Shown: piece after piece, positions 36,982-48,081 of the stretch | Position numbering within the stretch: position 1 is the stretch's first letter | Layout of the letters: each line of letters opens with the position of its first letter | NCBI GenBank assembly: GCA_905178155.1 | Contig: CAJINV010000002.1 | Location: forward strand, 8,939,412-9,003,411 | Reading direction: 5' to 3' | From: Amoebophrya sp. A120 | Lineage: Eukaryota > Protista > Dinoflagellata | DNA: 64,000 bases | The notes under the pieces: generated by a model | What the model was told of the DNA's origin: nothing | Database searches by the model: none | What the model saw: only the letters and a program-made list of their open reading frames with translations | Position numbers and translations under genes: made by a program

Positions 36982-37450
36982 CGGTGAGCTTACGATGCCT
37001 CATAGAGCCGGTTCCTTTACACTCGAACCCCATCCGAATCGTCTTTCAGTGCCGTCTGCTTGACGTACGAGCGAAGAAAGAAAGAAATAAGTGCGTGACA
37101 AGAACACAGCGGCATTCGATTTCAATCAACTCAGCTCTCCTGATTGACTTAAGTATGTACGCACCAACTCGCGCTGGTACAGCTTAGATTACAATAGATT
37201 GATACCTCATCGCAAGAGCGTCGTCTTCTTTCCGATCTGATGGTGGAAACAAACCGCAGCAGTGTCTATTTGCAATTACGTGATTGGATTCAGCGTGAAT
37301 TCAATAGGATTGGCGCTGCGCCGAACCCTTCTCTTTCCATAAACCAGTCACTTCTTTCTTTTCCTCCCTCCTTCTGCAGTAGCTGCAAATGTGTCATGTA
37401 TTTCTGCCCGCATGCCGACGATGGTTCCCGGATTGTGCCCCACATATATC
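36982..37450. repeat. Dispersed intergenic repeat, copy C (similar to 28205-28620)
   Basis: Collinear blocks including AACCAGTCACTTCTT and TGCAAATGTGTC.TGTATTTC.GC.CGCATGCC.ACG. Confidence 0.82.
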
Positions 37451-37645
37451 GTCGACGCGCTGTCGTTGGTCCCGACTTCTTTCAGCATGTCAAAGTAATT
37501 GACAATCAGCAACAGCTCCATCACGTCGCTGGCGGACACCCTGTGATAGAAATTGCACAAAGTACTTGTTTCTTGTCTTTACGGATTTTTCATGCAAAGG
37601 CCGCATCGTCACAATCTACAAACGCAGCAACCGGCTACAACATTA

Positions 37646-38855
37646 TCAATACTTCAGCCTGGACTCCGCCTTGTTCCCGATTTCTATGAGATCCGGGTGT
37701 GTCAACGCTTCTGGTGGGAATAAAGAGTCCGTGTTTTCCACCCCCACATCGGTCGGCATACGCAGCTCATTCGCGTCATGCAGCAGTGCGTGCGCCGCCA
37801 CGTCGTCTCGCGCCTCGGTCCGAATTTCCATCGTCGCCCTGATATGAATAACGGAAATTCTTGGTGAACTTGAGTAGCTATTCAAAAAACTGTAGTGGCA
37901 CCATGCGGACCAAAAACGACGCGCTTCCTACTTCCTCAAAACAGACTTTCTTATACCTTCTGGAAAACCTAGGTCTTGACCCGGAGTTGTTACTTGCCAC
38001 CGCTGGGTCTACCAAAACTAATTCCCCTGAAGCACTGCCCTCCGCCGTCGGCGACCCCTCGCTCTCCGCGATCGCCGAGTCCACGTCTCTTATCGCCGCA
38101 TGTTCCCGCTCGAACGTTTTCACCCTTTGCGCGTGCACCAAATCTAGTTTTCTTTTCAGCTCGCTTTCGTCCGTTTCTAACAGTTTATGCATGGACATCT
38201 CCATGCCGCGCAGCAAAGCCACCCGCTGCCGCCCCATGCCGACGCCCAACAACCGCTTGCGCTCCGACTCGCCCTCGGCCCGTTTCACCACCAGCATTTT
38301 CTCCGCTTCTGCTTGGTCGGTCGTCGCTTGTCGCAGCCGGCGTAAGGTTTCGATTTGGTTCATCGCTTGGAAGACCTTCGCGGCGGGCATGATTTCCTGC
38401 ACTAGAACTGCGACCAGCTGGTAGCCGTAGCTCGTCATCACCTGCGTTAGGCGCGCGCGGACGGCGGCAATCAGCACGTCTCGGTCGTTGAACACCTCGT
38501 CGAGCATCCGCGTGCAAATCACGGATCTCACTTCGTCTTTCACGTAACTCCCGATCTGCTGCCTGACGTTGGTGAACTTGTAGAACGCGTCGGCCGCTCG
38601 TAACCGGTCGACCAGGTACTGCACCTCGAGCCTGATGTGCACAAACACATTGTCCTTCGTCTTCGCCTCGCAGTCCAGCGTCAGGCCCATCTGCCGCGTG
38701 GACAGCGTCCCGGCCAGTTGGCACATGCAGGGCACGGGGAAGCAGGCCAGGCCGGGCGGCTGCAGCCGGTTGAACTTATTGAAGTACTCGACCACCCCGA
38801 TCTCATCCGCGGAAATGGTCACGCAGCAGGTGCACGAACACAGACTGGAGCCCAT
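37646..38855 (-). CDS. SPFH/band-7 domain protein, HIR (hypersensitive-induced response)-like
   Basis: EAKTKDNVFVHI, DAFYKFTN, AMNQI...AEAEKMLVVKRAEGESE...LLGVGMGRQR; acylation-like N-terminus MGSSLCSCTCC; GT-AG intron 37839-37956. Confidence 0.9.
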
Positions 38856-39303
38856 CTTAGATACTAGGGTGACACAAAAACAAAGGCAACGAGCTTTATT
38901 CTAGAACGCCATTCTCACAGACGACAATCCACTCTACTATCGTGACGCAATTTACCTCGCTTTTGTGGAACGGTTGCAACTGACTTCTCCAACCCTCTCT
39001 GCTTCTTATGTAACGCCGCGAGGCACGCACGCATGCAGCTCTAGTCACTCTACAAGAACGACATCATAAACAAAAACCCGTGCACAAAAGCAAAACTACT
39101 CGGACACAGTTGAAAACATTCGCTGCAGCAAAGTTGTGGGGATTTTTCCAGCCGGGGACGCGATAGTTCGTTTCTTTGTATCCGTTCGATTATTAGGCCG
39201 AAGCCGGGAATAGAACGCGTACGCGCTATTGTCCTGAAAAAGAAGTTGAAGTGTCGTCGGAAAATAGTATAAAATTCGGAGTCTGCTTCACTACAGTTCC
39301 CTG

Positions 39304-42300
39304 TCAGCAAAGTGTCGCCAGTATGTCACGCAAGACTGCTTTTCTTGCTTCGACCACGTCGAGCTCAAATTGCGCGATCGCGCCGGAGCCGGAATTCGCA
39401 GTGATGTTCTTTTCCTCCGCCATCTGCAGGCGAATTTCCTGTCCGAGTACCGCTTTTAACGCACGAAGTGCCAAATCGGACCCCGAGGCGTTCACGTCCA
39501 GGCTGTTTTCTTCTGACTCTTGCCTAAACCCAGTGGCCAAACTCATCGCTTTCTGCTGTCTTTTCACCTCCAAAATCTTCTCCAGACCCTGTTGCAAGAT
39601 TTGCGCCACTTGAAGAACGGACTGAAAATTCGTCAGGGTGACCTGCTGCGGCTGTTGCTGCTGTTGTTGTGGACCTGTAAATACGGAAAAACCACTCCTA
39701 CAAACAGTGATTGGATTCAGTGTTCTCCCCTGCTCCAGGTTGTGTTCCAGCGAATTCTCCTGACTGTTCAACTGGAGCACTCTGCACTGCAGTTCATACT
39801 CCTTCGCCACTGCCTGCAGTAAGGTGAAGAGAATGTGCGCTAAGTTCGACACAAACGGCGACCGCTGTTTTTTCCCGTTCACTAGCTGTTCTGACTTGTA
39901 GGTCTGGATTTTCTTCCCGAGTAAAATGTTCATGACGGAAGACAAGTTGGTTTCGGTAAACAGCAATTCCAACACCGCTTTGGTCACCATGACGATCACG
40001 TCCGGGAATTGGAGTTGAAGATTTAACTTTTCCAACAGCTCCGGAATCGGCAGAATCTCCTCCGCATTGCCACCGGAGGTGAGAAACATATTTTCGATCG
40101 CGGACTGTTGCTGCTGATTGGTCAGGCCGGCTTTCAGCGGAGTGTTTGATGTCGCTAGCGTCGCGGGCGAGGACGCCGTCGTGCTGGTCGCTGACGTTGC
40201 ACCGCCGAAGGTCGGCGTCCCGTACCGGTTGAGCAGGTCGGAATTCTGCACCAGAGTGCTGTTTCCACCAGCGTTTGGCGGGGAGGAAAGCAACGGGCGC
40301 TGTACAACAGCAGAACTGCCGCCTGCAGCGTTCGTAATCGCCTGCAAAAGCTGCTTCTCATGCAACAGGCAGTGCAGACTCCCGGTGCTCCAGAGTTGGA
40401 CAAGGAAAATCCGCAGCAGCGCGCCGAACCGGTTCTGCCCCTCGGGGTCCGGGATTTTTAGCAGGAAAAGAATTCCCTGCAACAGCGTCGTCGTCGTGTT
40501 TGACCCGCCGCGGAAGAGGAAATCTACCCAACTGAAGGGCCTGGCTTCAACCCGGGTGGAGTAGTCCACGAAAACGGAACTGTGGCCGCCGCCGAAGCCG
40601 CAAACCACCAACCGTGTCCACGCGGACGCGACGGTGCGAGTGAGAGAAAGAAGAGATGTGACCACCACCGGCTCGAACGAGGGAAACGCTTGCAGCATGG
40701 AGTTTGCTGGGTTACATGTTGAGTTTTTCCCCGTGGGGTCCTGCTGGTGTTGTATCAGATGCCAATATCGTTCAAAAACCGCAACGGTTTGCCTCACCAA
40801 CGTCGGAATCAGCTCGGATTGGCAGATCAAACGGCAGAGTTCATTCTGCAACAACTTCTGCTTCCCGTTTTCCGTGTGCGCGAACATGGAGAGGAAAACG
40901 TGCTTGTAGAACAACTCCACGTGGTGGGGGCTGGATTTGGGAAAAGTCTCGTTGATCAAGCTGCAGAGCTCCTGGATAAAACTCAGCACATTCTGCTCGT
41001 TCAAATGCTGGGTCTGTCCGGTGCCAGACGTGCTGGACCAGAAGCCGTCCGCAGCCTCGGCGCAGGCGCCGAGCGTGCGGATCGCGGAAAATCGGATGTT
41101 GAACAGCCAAATGCCCGCTTCCCGGTCGTAATCATCGCGTCTGCAGTTCGGATTCTGGTCGTAGCACTGGCGACTCGCACTGCTGCTGGCCGAGGAGCTC
41201 GCTTGGTCTGCCCCGCTTTCGCCAACGTTCGTCCCCTGCTCAACCGTTGTGCTACTGGTGGTTGGCTCGGTGCTGCCGTGCGTCTTTTCGCTCCCCATGA
41301 TCATCAGCCACTCCGTCTGCTCCACAAAGGCCTGGTTGGTGAGCAGCCAATCCGAGGGGTAGGCGTGGAAGAAGGACTTTAAAAGCTGAAACAGATTCGG
41401 CAAAATCTGCCTCACCAACTCCCCCGCGGGGTTGCGCTGTACCACGAACGCGTTCGGCTTTTGCGCCTCATCACCGTCGGCGGTGGTGCTTTGCTGCTGC
41501 TGTTGCACCGGCTGGCCTTGGCCGTTATCCGCCGCCGTGTCCGCCTTCAAAATGTAGGGACTGATGTTCGCGCTCGTGTGCTTCAGGATCATCAGATACG
41601 ACTGCAACGCTTGCGAAACCAGCTTCGCGTCCTGGAAATACAACGACTTGTGCGTGTGCTTCTCCGGAATGGACGCACCGCTGCTGCTGGCACTCCCGCC
41701 CTTCTGCGAAACCGCCGCCGCCTCGCGCTGCGGGAGAAGGGCGTTTCTCAGCAGGTTTTCTTCGTTGCAGCAGATCCGCGCAATTTTCCCGCTCGTCCAA
41801 TCCTGAACGGTGCCAGAGCTGGCGAGCGTCACGATCTCCCTCTGCTTCCGGAAATCAGAGCTTGCCGCTGCAACGAGTGCCTGGGTCAATAGCTGCTGGT
41901 TGTTCTTCGTTAAGGAAGAGTGCACCTTCTGCGCTTTCGTCATCAACGTGTCCAAATGCACCAAAACCGCGTTCTGCCCGTTTTTACAGATCGTCGTCAA
42001 ACAGGTCAGCGCCTTGCGCTGGAGCTCCATCTGTACTAGAGACGCCTGCTCCGCGGCGGAGATAGGACCGGTCGTCGTTGTGTTTGCCGCAATGCCCATA
42101 GAATTCTGTGCAGTGGACGTCGCGATCTGGGCTTCTATTCTTTGGAACAAATAGTCCATGACGGGCACCACCACCTGGGGCCGCACCGGGTAAATCGTAC
42201 TGACCTGCCCGACAAATTCCAAACGCACCGTTTCTAGCTTCAACCATGGTGGCTGGTTCTGCTCGCCGCCCTCGTAGGCCGGCTGCTGGTGTAATCTGCT

Positions 42301-44423
42301 TTGCTGCTGCTCTACCAGCATCGTGTTTTCGTATGCGACGAGCTCGTTGATCAGCGACAAAACGTTGTCCACGCAGTTCCCCGGGTCCGCGACCAGGTTC
42401 GGGTAGGTGGGCGGCGCCGCTCGTTGCTGCCGGCCCTCTTCGAGGTGTTTCTTGGACGCTTTCATCTCCTTCGTCATCTTCGCGATCAGGTACGGTGTCA
42501 GCCGGGTCAGGAAGCCAAGAGACGCTTCCAAGGCGGGGATCTGTGGTGATGTGGGATTTGCATAATACGTGTTAGATTTGTGCATAGAAATAAGCTGCAA
42601 GTGTAGCATAGATACTGAACTCCACATCCAGAACACGACGTAACATAGAAGTCAAGTCAATCCAGAAGATAAACCTCCCTATCACAAATATTCTATACCT
42701 TCACTGCCGTTTCCACGACTTGATCCGCACCTTCGTTAGTCAAAATTAGCCTGACCAGCTCCCGCACTTTCCCCACCAAAGGTACGAAAAACTTTTCGCC
42801 GCCGACCTCGGACAAGGTTTGGAGAAACAGGTAAACGCAGTTTTTCAACATTCCGAATTCCGAATTCGCGCTGTAGTCCAACAATTCCTGCTCAATCTGC
42901 TTGGACTGCTGCAACACCTGCAGCCACTGCAGTGCCTGGATTTCGCTCCCCGTCGCGGATTGCAGACATTTCGCGATCAACGGGTGCAGTTTTTGACTAG
43001 AATTTTGAGTCTGACCGACACTGTTCACGTTTTGCTGGTCCATGACTGGCGGCTTCCACATCCGCAGTAAACACACCTCCACGATCTCGTCCAGCTTCAG
43101 GAACGACGTCATGTTTTCCGACAAATCCTTCCACGGCTTCGCCAGTGTTTTCAGCGCCAGAAACGCTTCTGACGCGATGAAGTAGCTCGGGTAGCGCGCA
43201 GAGTGAAGCAGCAAGGCGCGCCAGAGAATGGAAATCGGGTTGGATTTTGGTTGTGTGGATGGGTTATTGGCGTTTCCCTGCTCGTGCAAGAACTCTTTGT
43301 TCAAGGATTCGGCGTTGGTCAAAACGAAATCTTTCACAATCGTCACGATCTGCCGGTGCTGCGCGAGCATGTCTTCCTGCTGCACGAAATTCGAGCTGTT
43401 CTGTTGCGCGTGGACCTGCTGCGTCATCGAAGAGCAAAGTTTGTTCAGATTCTCGCACAGCCGGCGGACGTCGTCCTTCTGGATCACCGTCGGCTGCTGT
43501 TGCTGTTGTCCCGCATTGTTGCTACTGTTTCCGCCTCCGCCTCCCTTCGTCTTGGCGTACAGAGGAGTGACCGACCACTCCGCGAAAGTCAAAATCACCT
43601 CCTCGCGCTCCTTGTCGTCGTCGCTCTTCTCTAGAATGCTGATCAGCGCGTCGTCGAACTTCTGGGAAAGAAGGTACGCCAAGCCCAAAATTGGCGTGAA
43701 TGCCTTGATGAAAAGAATCTTCTCCTGATTTGAGATGTTCGGGAACGCCTGCATCCACTGGAACATCATTTTTCCTCGCTCCTTCAAGCTATTCTGCAGC
43801 TCCTTCTTCCGCTTCACCGGCAAATCCTTAACCGGCATAACGCCGTCGCCCACAGATTCCGCGAGTAACCGGAGGACAAGCACTGCTGTGTTAGGGTCTT
43901 TGTTTACCTGGGGCGAAGCTGAATTCGCTGCATTTACTGTAGCTCCAGTCCCGCAGTTCAAGAGCGAGTAGCTGCTGTTCCCACTAGCGTCAAAGAGTTC
44001 CGGCCACTCCTGGCGCTTGGCGATTTCCACCAGACAGGACGCGTACTTGGTCAACACAAACTTCATCGGCTGAATCTTCTCCGGAGAGACCTGGGTGAGC
44101 AGGAACTGCTTCACGAGAACGCGTTCATTTTCCGTCCATTTGCTCAAGTAGAAGGCCTTGATCGCCTTCTGTAACAGCTGGAACGCAAAGTGCTGGACCG
44201 CCGGCTTGTATTGGCTGGTTTGGGTGTCCGTCAGCGTCATCTGCAACAGTTGAAACGCGATGTCGTGGGTCTGCTCCGACGACTCCAAACCGATCAGAAA
44301 CTGCTGGGCCTCGCGCCTTTCGTTCGGGGGCGTGCGCGGCTCGTGGGTGCGCGCCAGGGCGGATAAAATCCGGTCCAGCAGCCCCGGAGCCAAAAGCTGC
44401 TGCTGCTGTCCGGGGGCGGCCAT
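39304..44423 (-). CDS. Importin-beta-family karyopherin, exportin-5-like (~1,650 aa)
   Basis: N-terminal ERREAQQFL...QHFAFQLLQ...W...VKQFLL and KFVLTKYASCLVEIAKRQEWPEL (IBN_N/Xpo1 pattern); GT-AG intron 42541-42698 joins the two ORFs in frame. Confidence 0.72.
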
Positions 44424-45355
44424 GGTGTCGCGGAACGGGATACTCAGAGGCGTCAGGAGTGCGAACTCTGCTTCTCCTTTTCAACGTATAAGTCCGTGCG
44501 CTACAGCATTGTTCTCATGCGGTCGCTGTCCGGTCGAAGCGGTGGACCCGAACTATTTAAAAATCATGATTTTGTTCCTATTCAAGTACCTAACAGAATG
44601 TAGTCTTCACGTTGGGTGATTTTGTTTTTGAAGTTATGAATACGCTTGGATAATCAGTGTGTGAGTTGAGGGGTCACGTAAAAGATTGAAAAACATAAAC
44701 TGGTCGCCAATACAACTGAAAATAACGATGGGTATGTTCATAGTGCCTGAAATGAATAAAAAAGAAGCGAAGTGATGAAAAAAACTTTTGCAAAGCATCA
44801 GATTGCCATGCTGATCCAGTGCGGGTTCTGTTGAGGAGCTTTCCACTTGCAAAAACAGGTTTCGATCGATCTAGACTTTCACGTTGATCCTCAGTAGTTG
44901 TGGTAGATGAAGAGCAATATGCAATTTGCATTGTTCAAGGCTGGCTCCTTTGTCATCTCCGTTTTTTGTTTTCTTGATCCAGCTCATCACTTGAATCCCG
45001 ATCCTGTGAACCGGCTGTATCCCCAACGATCTTCTCTGCGACTGAACAAGGGAGGAACCACACACGCATTGAACAAAGTAAAGGCCGTCCGACCCCAAAT
45101 CTCGATGGGAAAATAATGTTCGTCCCACTCATGCGATGATGGAAATAGTGTCGTCTTTGATGTAATTTCTTTGAAATCGATGCTCTCACTTGTCGCCGTT
45201 CAACCTTGCTGTTTCTATGTCATAATCGAAGAGAAAAATCCCTCTCGTGTGATACTGTGATACGTCCTACTTTCTGTGATCAGCACACCGAGGTCACCAA
45301 AAAAGCAGCGACCTCAACTCTGCACAAAGTAAAATACTCTTTCTCTACTGCAGAA

Positions 45356-47449
45356 CTACCAATCTCCGCCGTACCCAGCCGTCCCGCCATGCCTGCTGCC
45401 CGTGATCAACACATCTGACTTCGTCGACTCGCGCTGCGCGGTCTCCAACTTCGGACAGGCCGCCACGCGGTGCCCGAGCCCGCCGCAGTACACGCAGCCC
45501 TTGACACCACCGATCTCGGCCACCTCGTGCCCCGGGGGAGGCACGATTTTTTCCAGCACCGGGTGAATCTTCTGCTTGGACTCCTCCAGCACCGCTTTCA
45601 AATCGAGCAAAATCCCGTCCGTGCACTGGATCTTGTTGATGAACGTCGTGGCCACCCCCGCCTGCCCCCTTCGACCCGTCCGTCCTATTCTGTGGATGTA
45701 ATTCTCGATCTCCTTGGGCATGTCGTAATTGACGACGTGCTGAATGGCGAGCGGGAAATCCAACCCCTTGGACGCGACGTCCGTGCCGATCAGCACCGAT
45801 TTCTTCCCGGTTTTGAAGTCGTTGATGCTCTCCAGCCGCTCCTGCTGGTCCATGCCACCGTGAATCGCGACCGCGTCGACCCCCTTCAACAACAGGTACT
45901 CGTGGACATCGTCCACGTCCGCCTTGTTGTCGCAGAACACCAATACCGGCGGGGGGGTTTTCGACAGGGAGTCCAATACCGCCTTGTGCTTGTCCTCCTG
46001 CTTCACATAGGCGATCTCCTGCAGAATGTCCAAGTTCGCGCTCCCCGCGCGCCCGACGTTCACCACCACCGGGTTCGTCAGCATACCTGCGGCGAAGTTC
46101 TGGATCTTGCGGGGCATGGTCGCGGAGAACAGCAGCGTCTGCCGCTGCCCGGAAAAGTGGTCTAAAGTTATCCTGACCTCCTCCTCAAAGGTCGCGTCCA
46201 CCATTCGGTCCGCCTCGTCCATCGCCATCAGCTGGCACTGCTTGAGGTGCATCTTCCCCATCTGCAACAGCCCGTTCAGCCGGCCCGGCGTCGCGATCAC
46301 AATGTGCACGCCGCGCTTCACCGTGTTGATCTGCGGGCCCATCGGCGCGCCGCCGATCAGCAGCGCGAACTTGATCTGCCGCCGGTTGCGCCGCCACAGC
46401 TCGGACGTGGTGTCGTTGTGTAGGTGGTACAACAGAAATTTCAGGTTCTCCTCCGTCTGCACCGCCAGCTCCCGACTGGGCGCGAGCATCAACCCAAACG
46501 GGCCTTCCCCCTCGGACATGGGCTTCTTCAACTCGCACTCCATCGCCTTCATAATGAGTGGTAGCAAGAAGCACATCGTTTTCCCACTACCCGTGAACGC
46601 GATCCCAATTAAATCCCGCCCTGCTAGAGCTGCGGGGATGCCCTGCATCTGAATTTGAGTCGGCTTTTTGATCCCCTTCGCGACTAGCGCGTCCACCAAG
46701 CCCTTCGGAAACCGCATGTACTCGAACTTCTTCAGCGGCGGGGGTAGGTCCGCGCCCGCCGCTTCGAACATAAACATCTCGCGCAGCTTTTCGTTTTCCG
46801 CCTCGGACTGCAGGCGGTGTTTCGCGAGCGGCCTCCACTGCCCGATGGCTGGCATGGGTTCCTTGTATTTGATCCCCTTCGCGTTTTCCTGCCGGGACAC
46901 GAGCGGTGTTTGGTACTGCAGTTGCTCCATGATCTTCGCTTCCGACTCCTCGATCTCCCTCCGCAGCTGCTTATCCTTATCCTCGCTGTTCGCCTCTTCT
47001 TTCGCGCGAATCTCCGCGGACTGGGCCAGCAGCGAGCTTTGTCCGGTGGACCGCTCGGCGAGAATTTTTTTCAGTTTTTCCTCCAGCTGCTCCTTCTCCT
47101 TCTCCTCGTCGTCTTCGATCAGTTCCGCTTTTCTCCGAAGTCTATTCAACTCTTGATTTCTCTGTTTCTTCCGCTCCTTCAAAGGGACGTAGGTGGGTTC
47201 ATTTTTCTCATCCTCGTCTTGTTCATCTTCGCCATCAAGAAGATCCTCCTCGTCCTGTTCTCGTTGCCGGCGCTCCTCCTCCTCACGGAGACGTCTTCGT
47301 TTCCGGTACTCCTCGATGACCTTCTGCGCATCCTCCTGCTCGGTGTTTCCTGCTTCCGAATTAGTTGCACTTTCACCGGGTCGCTTGGATGAGGGTCTAG
47401 TTGTACTACTTCCCTGCTTCGGCGGCAACGACGGCGGAAGCATCGACAT
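45356..47449 (-). CDS. DDX41: DEAD-box RNA helicase DDX41/abstrakt
   Basis: PTQIQMQG, GIAFTGSGKT, PSRELA, DEAD, SAT, TDVASKGLDFP, HRIGRTGR and C-terminal zinc knuckle GCVYCGGLGHRVAACPKL; intronless. Confidence 0.95.
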   Translation of the reverse strand: MSMLPPSLPPKQGSSTTRPSSKRPGESATNSEAGNTEQEDAQKVIEEYRKRRRLREEEERRQREQDEEDLLDGEDEQDEDEKNEPTYVPLKERKKQRNQELNRLRRKAELIEDDEEKEKEQLEEKLKKILAERSTGQSSLLAQSAEIRAKEEANSEDKDKQLRREIEESEAKIMEQLQYQTPLVSRQENAKGIKYKEPMPAIGQWRPLAKHRLQSEAENEKLREMFMFEAAGADLPPPLKKFEYMRFPKGLVDALVAKGIKKPTQIQMQGIPAALAGRDLIGIAFTGSGKTMCFLLPLIMKAMECELKKPMSEGEGPFGLMLAPSRELAVQTEENLKFLLYHLHNDTTSELWRRNRRQIKFALLIGGAPMGPQINTVKRGVHIVIATPGRLNGLLQMGKMHLKQCQLMAMDEADRMVDATFEEEVRITLDHFSGQRQTLLFSATMPRKIQNFAAGMLTNPVVVNVGRAGSANLDILQEIAYVKQEDKHKAVLDSLSKTPPPVLVFCDNKADVDDVHEYLLLKGVDAVAIHGGMDQQERLESINDFKTGKKSVLIGTDVASKGLDFPLAIQHVVNYDMPKEIENYIHRIGRTGRRGQAGVATTFINKIQCTDGILLDLKAVLEESKQKIHPVLEKIVPPPGHEVAEIGGVKGCVYCGGLGHRVAACPKLETAQRESTKSDVLITGSRHGGTAGYGGDW

Positions 47450-48081
47450 TTGATTGAAACTTGAAACGATGAAATCAGATTTGGGTTTTGACTCGTGGTA
47501 CAGAGTATTTCTTCATGTTCTTCAAGATGGTGAAAATTAGTGGGGAAAAAAAGGATACTTAAAAAGCTAGAGAGGAAATTGTAGGACGGGTTATTGCTTT
47601 TCTTCCCTTGGTCTCTGCGAAAATAAGGATAAAGGATCAGAATGTAAAAGTAAATTACATGTATCCTTTCGCATGAAAAACGTACACAGTTTCTGCAAGA
47701 AAGACAATTTTTTTTGCGACATTTTCGAATCAAACTTCATGCTGTGCTCTTCGACAGCAATTAGAGGGCTGAGATCTGTTTCTCACAGGGCTTTCTTAGT
47801 TTACGAATCGATTTGAGATCGCGTCACCCATGCCCTGCTCTTTCTAAGGTGCCTTTCGTTTCAGCAGATCAACACGCTATTTTTGAACACTGAAAAGGAA
47901 AACCAGCTATCTCTTTTACTCCGCGAACAAAAAAAGGATGTTGCGACGACCAGCAAAAGGACACTGCTCCGTCGGTTTTGAGTACTTCTATGTACAAATG
48001 CTAGTCGTGAGTCGCGGTCGCTTCTACTGTCGTGATCGTGAAGGTATTACGAGTGAAGAAATTTTGTCGAAATCAAGTTCC

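Noticed and set aside
45470-47392. Long plus-strand ORFs opposite DDX41 (and similar ones opposite other genes)
   Set aside because: Antisense shadows of GC3-rich coding sequence.
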